A stretch of DNA of 64,000 bases from the human T2T-CHM13v2.0 reference genome, Homo sapiens: assembly GCF_009914755.1 (NCBI RefSeq), contig NC_060929.1; one strand, 5' to 3'. The notes beneath the pieces are model-generated. The model searched no databases and had not been told where the DNA came from. It was given only the letters and a program-made list of their open reading frames with translations. Positions 1-16,379 of this stretch are shown piece by piece. Position numbers and translations under genes: made by a program. Numbering within the stretch: position 1 is the first letter of the stretch; every line of letters begins with the position of its first letter.

Positions 1-1800
<1,800 letters not shown>

Positions 1801-2009
1801 TTAAGAATGCTGTGTTTCACAAATTGCACATTCTAAATTCAAATTGTTTGCAGATTTTGTGATAAGGGAAAGTATACATAGTTAACACCTTGATTCTTAC
1901 ATTTAAGAGTAACTTAAGTAGTAAATAAAGGAGAAAGATGTAAAACTGAGCTTCAAGAGAATCAAGTAAATACTACTCATAAAATGGTTAAACACAAGTT
2001 TTTAAAAAA

Positions 2010-2122
2010 TTTTTTTTATATTGTGGTAAACATACGTAACAAAATTTACTACTAGTCATTTTAAGTGTACAGTTCTGTGGCATTAAGCATATCCACAATG
2101 CTGCATAACCATCACTACCATT
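2010..2122 (-). mobile_element. Old L1M 3' end fragment
   Basis: ttttaagtgtacagttctgtggcattaag...accatcactacc resembles antisense L1MB 3' UTR. Confidence 0.6.
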
Positions 2123-2249
2123 CTAAATTTCAGTTTTAAAAACCAACATCCAATACAGGAAAAGTGGCAACACATGTAGATTGAATACTGTACCTTAGGA
2201 TTAGGTCTTAAAAGTCCTTCTTAGTATTTAAAAGAAGAATTTTTAAAAA

Positions 2250-2852
2250 TTTTATATATATATAATATATATAAAATAGATATATCATATATGATATCTC
2301 TCTATATCATTAGATACGTCTATATGTCTATATATCATATATAATAGATATATCTATTATATATCTATCATGATATATATCATATATCATATGATAGATA
2401 TATCTATTACATATTATAGATATATCTATTATATATCTATATCTATTATATATTATATTTAATAGATATATCTACATATAATATATATTATATATTATAT
2501 AATAGATATATCTACATATATTATATATTATATATAATAGATATATCTACATATTATATATAATAGATATATCTACATATAATATATATTATATATAATA
2601 GATATATCTACATATTATATATTATACATTATATATAATAGATATATATCTATTATATATTAGATATATATTATATATCTAATATATATTTAATTATGTA
2701 TAGTATATATAAGATAATAGATATATCTATAATATATAGTATATATCTTATATATACTATATATAATAGATTAATATATCTATATTATTATATATAATAT
2801 TGGTTATATATAATAGATATATAATTATATGTATCTATTATATATATATATC
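2250..2852. repeat. ~600-bp AT-rich low-complexity/minisatellite built on (TA)n and TAGATATATCTA units
   Basis: Almost pure A/T; nine exact copies of TAGATATATCTA counted by eye between 2345 and 2729. Confidence 0.95.
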
Positions 2853-2954
2853 TCTATCTGGTTTGCTGTACTTCTCCAAGACATACTGTTTAGAGATCTA
2901 AAAGCCACATACACTCAGTGTAGCTAATCTTCCTCTCTGAAAACTTGCTGGTGA

Positions 2955-3440
<486 letters not shown>

Positions 3441-5854
3441 TAAATGTGACTTTCTACATCTTCTTGGTCCATAAATGTTTCTTAAATATTTGTGGGACCT
3501 CTTTTCCTATGATCATTTATTTGCTATGCCATAGTTTTGGGCAGGTTATGTTTTTCCTCGTATGTGGTCCTCTTAAATTAGTTCATCTGAAATCATTAAT
3601 TACTGTACTGTTTTTACCCAGACTTACTGGTAGATTATTTTATATAGTAGTTACTAAATCAGTACGAAATATTTTTGCCACTTGGTTATGTTCACTTTGA
3701 CCTTTTATGAAGTACTAGCATAAATTTTTATCTCTTTTTTGTGTATATGTCAGCGTGTGTCAGTCTTATCTGCAAAAGCATTTCAGCTTATTGGAGAGGA
3801 TTTTAGATCGAGTACATGTATTTATTTTTTACTGACTCCTCCTCCTCACCTCCCTGATCCCTCTCTCCAGTTGTCTGCAACACATTCTACTGTGAAGTTT
3901 TTCTTAAAACTTCCCAGGAAGAAATATTTTATCTGTAATCTCTATATCACCATAATTCCCTCACTAATTATAACATCAGCTTATTAGTGGTTTAGCAATC
4001 TGTCTTACTCTCACAGGCTCTTGGCTGCTTAAGGGCAGGGACCTCTCTGTCATTTGTATATATTTAGCACTTAAGGTACTGGCAAATAGTAGACATCAAA
4101 AAGTGCTTTTTCCTCACCTATCCTATTTTACAGAATTCCATTTGTAACTGCAAGACCTCTCATTGTTCCTTGGAATGGACAGTCTAAGGCCCGTATCTGG
4201 TATGATTTCCTCAGACATAAGGAGGAGGAAGTACGCATTTCAGAAAATAAAGGAGAGCTTGCAAATCTTGCCACTTGTTTGTAATTTAGGTTTAAGTATT
4301 CATTTGAAGCACTTAACATCCTAACCACCGAAACACATGATTAGGAACTCAAATTTGAGAAATACAACAAGATGGTAAGATGAGTCAGAAGGATACATCA
4401 TTTTTGTGATTAGTGTTCCAACACTATTCTTTATCACGTTTAAGCAAAGAAGATGAAAGAGATTCAAGCTTTTTCAGAGGGTAACACAAACTTTATATTA
4501 TTCCTATTCCTTATTGCCTAGGAACCTCAAGTAACTTCCACTAATAGGTTTCTCTTGCTCCACACTTCCAATAGATTTTCTTTCACTTCTGAAATAAAGC
4601 AGTATTGCTTGTAATTTTGTTACTAGAAAACCAACAATGCAAATGAAAGCATGTTAGTTAACAAAATTCAGTCACTAGCATTGTGTTCTATGGCAATCAC
4701 TTAACTTCTCTGAAACTTAATTTATTGATCTGTAAAACAAGAAGATAGGGTTTTAAGAGGTATGTATTTCTATGAGTCTATAATTAGAAATTCTCATGTG
4801 CTGTGTCAAAACTCCCATGGATTAAAAATAACTCTTTAATAATGATTCTAAATGTAATACACACCCATTAAAGAATATCTGTAAAATTATGTATAAAGAA
4901 AAAAACCCTCACAATCCTATTACTCATGGGCCTTATTGTAAGGATCCTAAAGCAGCTAAAAATATCACTGACAGGTTTTTAAGATGTCAGAATGTCACTG
5001 GTCTGGATCTTATTTTTATTTCCAACAGCAGGGTCATTAATTTTTTTCCTCTCTCTTCTGCTGTATTTTTCTGCATACTATAAAAAAGTTCAATAACTGC
5101 CCAGAGAATGCATTAGGTACAGTTTTCCACACAATCCTCTTCTCCAGATCTATTTTATGGGATCTCCTGTATGATCTAAAACACTATCCACAGTTGTTCA
5201 TTGCTTAAGCTCTAATGGATAAAGTTTGAACACTATAATTTCACATTTAAAAACACTTTAATTTGGCAAAATCTCATCCCAGCCTTCCTTTCCAGATTCA
5301 CTGTTCTCCGTTCCAAATTGCTCTATAGGTAAACTGGCTGCCTGGAGGCTGTTCACTCTAATGTGTGAGTCAGTTAGAGGGATGGTCCACCCAGGCTGGG
5401 CCTTGGACACTTCTAGTCCTCATCACCTATTGGTCACTTCATCTAGGGTGGCCAAGCGCCTAATATTCAGAGAGAATCTGGGCAAGAATGAAGATTTAAA
5501 ATTCTAATGGTAGTGGTTTCAATTCCTGGTAATATGGAATAAGCACACTCCACTGTCTCTGCCAGTGAATCAAGCTATAAATCAGCAATTTGAGGACTGG
5601 AAAAGAAACAGCAGCAGGAAAATTGAGAAGACGACCAGAATTCCTTATTTAACATTTACCTTCCTGATAATATTGTTATAAAAAATACATTTACAGTATT
5701 TCAATAAGTAGATGGGAAAACTGAATACAAACATAATCCCTTGAACTGTAAAAGTAAATACTTTCCAAAAAAAAAAATCGAATTTGGGCAAGGATAACTT
5801 AGTAAAGTGTTTTAAAGTGGATCAAGTAGACAAACAATCCTCTGCAGTATTTCA

Positions 5855-6092
5855 AAGTAGCAGAGCACACAGGTTTGGATTGAGATCTTGGTTCAAATCC
5901 TGACTCTACCTCTTATTAGCTGTCTGACCTTGGATAAGTTACGTCAGCTCTGTGAATTTATTCCCTCATTGCAAAATGGAGAAAATAATAGTACCAACCT
6001 CACAGAATACTGAGTGGACTAATTAGGTAACGAATGCAAACCATTAAGCATACTGCTGGCACCTATAAAATGTTCAGTAAAGTTAGCTATTA
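5855..6092 (+). mobile_element. MIR
   Basis: MIR core: ggttcaaatcctgactctacc...tgaccttggataagtta...aaaatggagaaaataatagtacc. Confidence 0.8.
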
Positions 6093-6270
6093 GTAGCAAT
6101 AGTTTCCTCCGAATTCCAAAGGACTTATTCTACGCCCTATTTGCTCAACTACTAATCTTTATTGGACATACCGCTACAAAAAGAAATCGGTATGTTCCTT
6201 TGCTTCCAAGAATGAACGACCTACAGTTTAAAATGCAATATACCACTAAAAAGAAAAGTTTTAGTTAAAT

Positions 6271-6284
6271 GCGCCCTCTAGTGG
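6271..6284 (-). promoter_or_regulatory. Candidate CTCF binding site
   Basis: Minus strand reads CCACTAGAGGGCGC, matching the CTCF core consensus CCASYAGRKGGCRS. Confidence 0.7.
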
Positions 6285-6609
6285 TATGTTATGTGTAAGT
6301 ACCTTGCATCTACCAAAGATAAAACCTCTTCATGAAATGTCACTACCCTGAAACCAGCTGGTTGAGATCATTACAGTATGGGCAGCACTACCACACATCT
6401 TTTAGGAAGTTCCCTATCTTCAAGAGCTGGAAGTTGCTGTTGTTTGTTTGTTGTCTTTTAAAACTTTCTCCACCATATGAACTACGGTATTTGTGATATG
6501 TACCATACCAAATCTCAACATTCCTACAAGCACTGACTTTAAAATCCCTTCTCTTAAAGAAAACTGGGCCACTTTCTAGTTTGCTTTAAACAAACATCGC
6601 AAAGTACTT

Positions 6610-7640
<1,031 letters not shown>

Positions 7641-8039
7641 GTGGTATCCATTTGCAAGAAGCTACAGAAAATGAGCCGTTTGGAAATCCAGGGTTTTCCT
7701 CTTAAAAAGAGAACTTGTTTGGCTACAAAGTGTTAACATTTTAATTGAATGCTCAACGAGCACTGAAGGGGGGACATGAGGCACTGCCTCTCACCCAAGA
7801 GAGCCCCCAAATGTCCTTTTCAGACTTTTATCACAGTGACCCACTCCCACCGCGCCTTTACCTTGCCTCTGCCTGGAATGTCCTTAACTCCCTCTTGCCG
7901 GCAATTTCACCAGATTTTTGATTTCTTATCCAGTCTCACGGGAAGCCTTTCCGGCATCTCCCACCCTACCGATCTTCCCGTCTATCTCGCCTGCTACACT
8001 GTGAGTTCAGACAGCACGGATTGAACTCTTCATCTTTTC

Positions 8040-8620
8040 GTGTCGGCGTCCTGCACAGGGCCATCCCATCACTAAGCGCGCCACAAACTCAGCCCAGTAT
8101 TGACGCCCACGAGTCGCTCGTAAAGACCGCCTGTGACGCCGGAAGTGACGCGCTCTCGGGCACTATGTGCTTCCGGTCTCCAATACCGCAGGAGGGCGGT
8201 CTTCCCCGGCTCGCCAACTCGGCTGCTCTGGGGGATTCGTGCGCGGTAAGAAGCTGCGCGGTAGCGCGGTGAGGTGAGGTTCTCAGCCACCAAAGCTGCA
8301 GGGTCTCGTCGTTCGTTCCCTCTGGCCTGGCGGAACTTGCGTGGGAAGCTGGGAGGACAGAAGGCTTAGCCGCTGGGTCCCTGAGCTGGCTGGAGCGCGG
8401 GCTGTCTAGGGGCGGCGACCTCAGCTGTTGGGCTCCGGCTGCTGGGGGCTGTGCGTCCAGCCGCCCTGGAATCCGCCTGTGGGTGGGCCGCTTGGCTCTC
8501 CCACTTCACCCTCTTGATAACCCAGAGCCTCCCCCTTCCCACGTACGTAGGGGAAGGATAATCTACTTCCTTTTGAACAGCTTCGGTCCCCACTATGACA
8601 GTCGCATAAACTTCAGCGAA
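8040..8620. promoter_or_regulatory. ZCCHC9: CpG-island promoter of ZCCHC9, probably bidirectional
   Basis: Only CpG-dense non-Alu stretch in the window; TGACG 8134-8138, CCGGAAGTGACG 8139-8150, opposite-strand CCGGAAGC 8169-8176; no TATA box seen. Confidence 0.85.
8180..8273 (+). other. ZCCHC9: Probable non-coding exon 1 of ZCCHC9 (start approximate)
   Basis: Lies just downstream of the ETS sites; donor-like GAG|gtgagg at 8273/8274 (alternative GCG|gtgagg at 8268/8269). The TSS cannot be fixed from sequence. Confidence 0.5.
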
Positions 8621-8764
8621 GAGTGCGCTGGTAAAGTGGCATGGAGTTTCTCACACCAATTCATTGGGTCCACCCTTCAGCTTCTGTGGAAGGGGTCTTT
8701 CTGTTACTAGGAGCTGAGACTTGGGGGGTTGCCAGGGATGCTGGTCTTAAAAGGTGATAACTTA

Positions 8765-9070
8765 GGCCGGGCGCGGTGGCTCACCCCTGTAATCCCAGCA
8801 CTTTGGGAGGTCGAGGCGGGCAGATCTCCTGAGCTCAGGAGTTCGAGACCACCCTGGGCAACATGGTGAAACCCCTTCTCTACTAAAATACAAAAAATTA
8901 GCTGGGCGTGGTGGCACGCGCCTGTAATCCCAGCTATTCGGGAGGCTGAGGCCCGAGAATCGCTTGAGCCCTGGCGGCAGAGGTTGCAGTGAGCCAAGAT
9001 CGCCCACTGCACTCCAGGTTGGGCTACAGAGTGAGACTCCGTCTCAACAACGACCACAACAACAACAAAA
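8765..9070 (+). mobile_element. Alu (old AluS)
   Basis: Full dimer, (CAA)n tail, diverged TSD aaaaggtg....ctta. Confidence 0.95.
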
Positions 9071-9087
9071 AAGGTGGTGGCTTAATA

Positions 9088-10423
<1,336 letters not shown>

Positions 10424-10431
10424 GCTGATGA

Positions 10432-10700
10432 ATCTTTGATTATGGCTGAATGTTCTCATTCATTGCAGGAAAAAAATATCCTCCAAATCACTAGGTAGTA
10501 TGTAAGTGACCAAAACTTTTTTCCATTTTATGTTGGAGCCAAATCATTAGTGTTAGGATAAATTACTTCTTTATGTATGTGCTCTAAAATGAAAAGTTAT
10601 TTCTGAATATTAAAGCATATGTATTAAGAGTATAAAAACAAGATACAGATTTTGGTGTGAAATATATCTTATGATTCAAGTCAGAATTTAAATAGAATTG
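10432..10700 (+). repeat. Diverged direct repeat, copy 1 (copy 2 at 13767-14678)
   Basis: Colinear shared exact blocks ATCTTTGATTATGG, TTTTATGTTGGAGCCAAAT, TATTTCTGAATATTAAAG, TGAAATATATCTTATG. Confidence 0.9.
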
Positions 10701-11332
10701 AAGATGATGTGAAATCACTGGGCTGGAAGTAGCTTATACCTTGATTAGTAAGAGGAAGCCCAGGATCATCCTGTGATGGTAAACACTTTTATATGTTTTA
10801 CTTATAACTTTGCCAGGAAATTTCAACAAACTTCATATTAAAGGACATGATTTCTGTATACTTAGTAATCTGCTATGCAAATTGTTGCATTGAAATGGCA
10901 GACGAAGCAAGAAGATTGGGAGAAAGTAGCTGTGGGACTTGGAGATAGGAAAATAAACAGCCGGGAAAACTGCAGAATGTGGGAGGAATAATTGCATTCA
11001 TTGTATTACTATCTGATTTATATTTTATGAAATAATTTGGTTTCTTAAGATAGTTTTTCAATTTTAAGCACACCTTTTTTAACTGGTGTGGCAGCTTTTC
11101 TGGTAAGTGGTAGATTTATGTTAGAAGCATGTCTATGCAGCATATTATAGCATTAAATATGTATACAGATATCTAACTGAAATAAAAAGTGTTTTAATAA
11201 TTAAAAGTTTAACATATGGGCATATGTGACATATAGTGATATAGCATGTCTCTTTAGTTTTGTTGTTTTTGTTGTTGATGGCTAACCACCCATGCTTGTC
11301 TTAAAAATTGATAAGGTACCACTGATGAAATT

Positions 11333-11716
11333 ATGACCAGGTGGGCCCGAGTTAGTACCACATATAACAAGAGAGCCTTGCCTGCAACATCATGGGAGGA
11401 CATGAAGAAGGGATCCTTTGAGGGAACAAGCCAAAACCTACCAAAGCGTAAACAACTTGAAGCCAATAGGCTATCCCTCAAAAATGATGCACCCCAAGCA
11501 AAACATAAAAAGAACAAAAAGAAAAAAGAGTACTTAAATGAAGATGTGAATGGATTCATGGAATACCTAAGACAGAATTCACAGATGGTTCACAATGGGC
11601 AAATTATAGCAACAGACAGTGAGGAAGTAAGGGAAGAAATTGCAGTTGCTTTAAAGAAAGACAGTCGACGGGAAGGAAGAAGATTAAAAAGACAAGCGGC
11701 AAAGAAAAATGCAATG
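11333..11716 (+). CDS. ZCCHC9: ZCCHC9 exon 2 coding part, aa 1-128 (basic Lys/Arg-rich N-terminus); exon probably starts at 11316
   Basis: MTRWARVSTTYNKR...KRQAAKKNAM; acceptor ataag|11316 with CTAAC branch-like site at ~11282; donor ATG|gtgaga; 384 coding nt. Confidence 0.96.
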
Positions 11717-11854
11717 GTGAGAGCATCACTTCTACCATGTTATTTACTTTATTTAGCTGGAAACTATTCTTATATTCACACACATATATACCTTAGCCAG
11801 CTCTGGTTACCATTATGTCCCAGATTTATAGAGCATCGTTTTAAGGACTAGTAC

Positions 11855-12035
11855 TTTTTTAGCACATATATGCTAGGCACATGATGTACTGGTTAATTAT
11901 TACAACAACACAGCAAAGGTGATGGCATATATTCCCATATTATGGATGGCAAACACTGAAGTGTAGATAGATTAAATAACCTGTGGAAGCCACTTAGCTA
12001 GTAGCAGAGGTGACATTCAAACCCAGCCTGACTTC
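11855..12035 (-). mobile_element. MIR
   Basis: attcccatattatggatggcaaacactgaag...attaaataacctg...attcaaacccag. Confidence 0.65.
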
Positions 12036-12050
12036 AAAACCTACGTTATA

Positions 12051-12350
12051 GACCAGATGTGGTGGCCCATGCCCGTGATCCCAGCACTTTAGGAAGCTGA
12101 GGCGGGAGGATCACTTGAGCCCAGGAATTAAAGACGAGCCAGGGCCACATAGGGAGACGCCATGTCTACCAAAAAAAAAAAAAAAAAAATTAGCCAGGTG
12201 TGGTGGTACACACCTGTGATCCCAGCTACTACTGCCAGCTGAGGCAGGAGGATTGGGCCTGGGAGGTCGAGGCTACAGTGAACCATGTGATCAACCGCTG
12301 CATTTCAGTCTGGGTGACAAAACGAGAGTTCGTCCTCCAAAAAAACCAAA
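12051..12350 (+). mobile_element. Alu (AluJ)
   Basis: Diverged dimer with gggaggatcacttgagcccagg; flanking aaaaccta. Confidence 0.92.
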
Positions 12351-13931
12351 ACCTATCCTCACCTTCCAATAGCCCCTTTTTCAAATTAGCATTGAGAAAA
12401 TGTCAAAATTATGAAGAAGATGAAGTAGAACAGGTTAAATGTGTGTGGGTCCCTATTACTTGGAAAGGATGTTCTTTATCTATGAAATACTGAAGCACAG
12501 GAAAGAGATACATAGGAGTCATACTAGTTAGAGCAGAGTAATAGCAGAATTGAAAGTCCTTGAGACTCCCTAGTCATTGCTTCCTCCCTCCCCCATATTA
12601 CATTCAGAAGAATGCTGGGGGCAGCAGGTTTCTTTCTGTAATGCCTAGCCCTAGATTTTAAAGTATGTCAGGCAAAGGGGATGAAATACTTGGTATAATT
12701 ATTTCCCTTCTCTAAGTGAGTTTCCCAAGCCTCCTAGTACACCACTTCATAAGAATGAGGACTTGTTGCTAGTTATTATACTTTTATTTTTTATTAGTAT
12801 TACTATATGTAGAGCACTGTTTGCACCATTGCAGGCTTAAAATGTTAACAGCCTCTATAAATGTGTCTTTTGGCTGTTTGCAAGATTAGTCTATGCATTG
12901 TTATATTTAAAGATAGTTATTTAGAGATAATACTGATGAAACATTCCTTATGGATAAATTTGAATAGAAAGGATAACATTTCTGTTGGTATCAGGATAGA
13001 GTTTTGTGTAAGTTAACGATTTTTAAATATTTTAAGTCATTTTAGTTTAGTTGACATAGGCGGTATGGTGAATCACATACCATTTGAAAACATTTACTGT
13101 TATGACCGCTTAAGAAAAGCATTATGTTTGTAATTAAGTGGGGAAGGATATTGTTTTTTAAAAAGGGGAGTGCTATATAAATAGTATATGGCTTGTTATG
13201 ACCTGTTGTTAAATTTACTTCCTTGGTATTTTTTTAATACCTTATACTAAGCATCGGTCCTTAAATGCTAATAAAATGATATGCTATAGAAATTTACAAT
13301 CAGTGCTTCACAATCCCATCTACATTAAACTTAAGGACCATTCAAAAATGTTGTATTAGGTGATGATTAGGTTTTAAAAGAGAAGGCAGTGAACTAAGGC
13401 AGTAGTCTCAGCTTAGTAGAGACCACCTTGACTTCACCAAGAAGCCAAGACTTCTTATGGTGGTGATGCAGGTTTTAGCAGTAGCTTTTCCTGCATTTGT
13501 ATAATAAATACAGCTTCTTTTTTTTGGACCAGCTCATTCTAAATGTACAAGTTACTGAAGAATTTAAAGGGACTCATTCTTTTTCAATATTTTATTAAGT
13601 AGGAAAAAAAGGACAGTTGCAAAATAAATGTTTTATTTTGCTGGTTGAATTTGCTTTTTAAAAAAACCTGTGCTTATTTTGAAAAAACATAATTAAATGA
13701 CTATTTATTATCCAAGAAATATGTATATCTTTTTCCAGTTTAAATAAAATAGTTTAAATATCTGCCATCTTTGATTATGGTTGATGTTCTCATTTATTGC
13801 AGCAAAAAAATTCTTCAAATTTCTGTAAACAACTAACCATTGCTCAGTTTTATGTTGGAGCCAAATAATTCATCTTGGAATAAATTATTCCTTTAAAATG
13901 TATTGTGCATATATTCTAAAAATGAAACCTA

Positions 13932-14243
<312 letters not shown>

Positions 14244-14290
14244 TTAGGGTAAAAAACAAGGATATACTTTTTGCTATGAAATATATCTTA

Positions 14291-14645
<355 letters not shown>

Positions 14646-15148
14646 TTATGGTTTGAATCATAATTTGAATGGAAATGTCTGACCCAAATTCATTCAATTA
14701 TGTGAACTTTAAAAGAAATATTAATTTTTTAAAATTTTGAGTACATAATTATATACAAATACAAATTTTGAGTGACAGTTTTTATAGCCACTGTCCATTT
14801 CCTATAGAAAATGCCATTTTTCTACTGCAGACATTCCAGTTAATAAAATGAATAGTCCATATTTGCTCAATTCATTTAAGCAATTGCCGTCTACAAAGCC
14901 ACATATATAACATTGTTCCTGAGATTTATGGATTTATTGATTGAGGTTTTCAAAAGCAATGAAACCCTCTGATGGAAAGGATATCTCGTTGTTTAGGAAC
15001 GTATGAAAGCTTTTTTCTACAAATATTGAGATTTCAGAAAAATAGCTTAATAAGATGAGAAATGTTTTAAATATGTTTTTGATAACAAGAATTAATAAAG
15101 TCACTGGTATAGTTTTGCAGCGTGCCAACCTACGTTTTGTTTTCCTAG

Positions 15149-15299
15149 GTGTGTTTCCATTGTAGAAAACCTGGTCATGGAATTGCAGATTGCCCCGCCG
15201 CCCTTGAAAATCAAGACATGGGCACTGGGATATGTTACAGGTGTGGGTCCACAGAGCACGAAATAACCAAGTGTAAGGCTAAAGTAGACCCGGCTCTTG
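15149..15299 (+). CDS. ZCCHC9: ZCCHC9 exon 3 (zinc knuckles 1 and 2)
   Basis: ttcctag|GTG...CTT G|gtatgt; encodes CFHCRKPGHGIADC and CYRCGSTEHEITKC (CX2CX4HX4C); 151 nt. Confidence 0.97.
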
Positions 15300-15533
15300 G
15301 TATGTGTTTCTTTCAGTTTTTTGTTTTGTTCATGGGGAAAGCCAATAAATAGCACCTTGGGTATTTTTTTAACACAATTTGTTACGAGTGTGCCACTTAG
15401 TATTTGGAAATCATATGAGATTAAATTTTAAGTTATGTAAATATATTTTTTATTCAGAGTATTTTAAAATAATGTTAATTTTATGACTTGCCATATGTAT
15501 TATCAACTGAATAGGAACTGTTGATTTTTACAG

Positions 15534-15626
15534 GCGAATTTCCTTTTGCAAAATGTTTTGTTTGTGGAGAAATGGGGCACCTGTCTAGATCTTGTCCTGA
15601 TAATCCCAAAGGACTCTATGCTGATG
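15534..15626 (+). CDS. ZCCHC9: ZCCHC9 exon 4 (zinc knuckle 3)
   Basis: tttacag|GC GAA TTT...GAT G|gtaagt; encodes EFPFAKCFVCGEMGHLSRSCPDNPKGLYAD; 93 nt. Confidence 0.97.
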
Positions 15627-16244
15627 GTAAGTACTGTTACCCTCATATAGCAGAAATGGTGAGTCATCGTGCAGTTGTGATTTAATTTACACTCAATCAC
15701 AGTTCTTGAATAAATTCTTGAATAAATTGCAAAACCTTGAGAATTACATTATTTTTATCAAGTGCTATCATATGTACTAGGCTTTTTGTGCAATTTGACT
15801 TCAGATGTTAATAAAACAAATCAGAAAAAACTAAGGTGTATATTTCCAACTGTGCTTGCTTCATCATTTGTGAGACTATGTCATACATTTCTACTTTTAG
15901 ACATAACAGAAGCAGAGAGATTATATCTCAAGCTAATATGAGGTTTTTAAAATCGTATTATATATTCAGCCTCAGCCAGCATATCATTTTGGTGGAGGGG
16001 TGGGTACAGATGATTCAATATTGTAGTAATGTTTGCTTCTGAATTTTTTTTCTTAGTTATTTGTCTGGTATGGGATCATGTAGCTTTTTTCTCTTTAACT
16101 CGGGTAATTAAGGTTCACACAGTAAAGTCTATGCGGTCTAAAGCTTTAAGGCGGAGGTTGTTATCTGTTAATGTGATGGCTGGTGCCATCAGGCTCTAGA
16201 CGTTTCTTGTGTCATGTCCTGGGTTTCCCTCCTGGAGAAGTCCA

Positions 16245-16378
16245 GTGAAAAAGCATAGCTTTTGGAGTTGGTCAGACTTGGGTTACAGCGCCAGCACTGC
16301 CACTCACTAGCTGGGGGGCTTTGGCCAACTACCAAACTCTGATCTCCGTTTCCTCACCTATAGAGTGGAGATGATAAA
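16245..16378 (+). mobile_element. MIR
   Basis: gcttttggagttggtcagacttgggtt...ccgtttcctcacctatagagtggagatgata. Confidence 0.7.
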
Positions 16379-16379
16379 A

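Noticed and set aside
10703-10788. Hairpin (gatgat...ctgggct / agcccag...atcatc) followed by ACA, resembling half an H/ACA RNA
   Set aside because: Only 6-7 bp stems, and no clear second hairpin or H box.
11717-11851. 172-aa ORF 11333-11851 as a single-exon protein
   Set aside because: The tail is read-through past the GT donor at 11717; the spliced frame continues at 15149 into the zinc knuckles.
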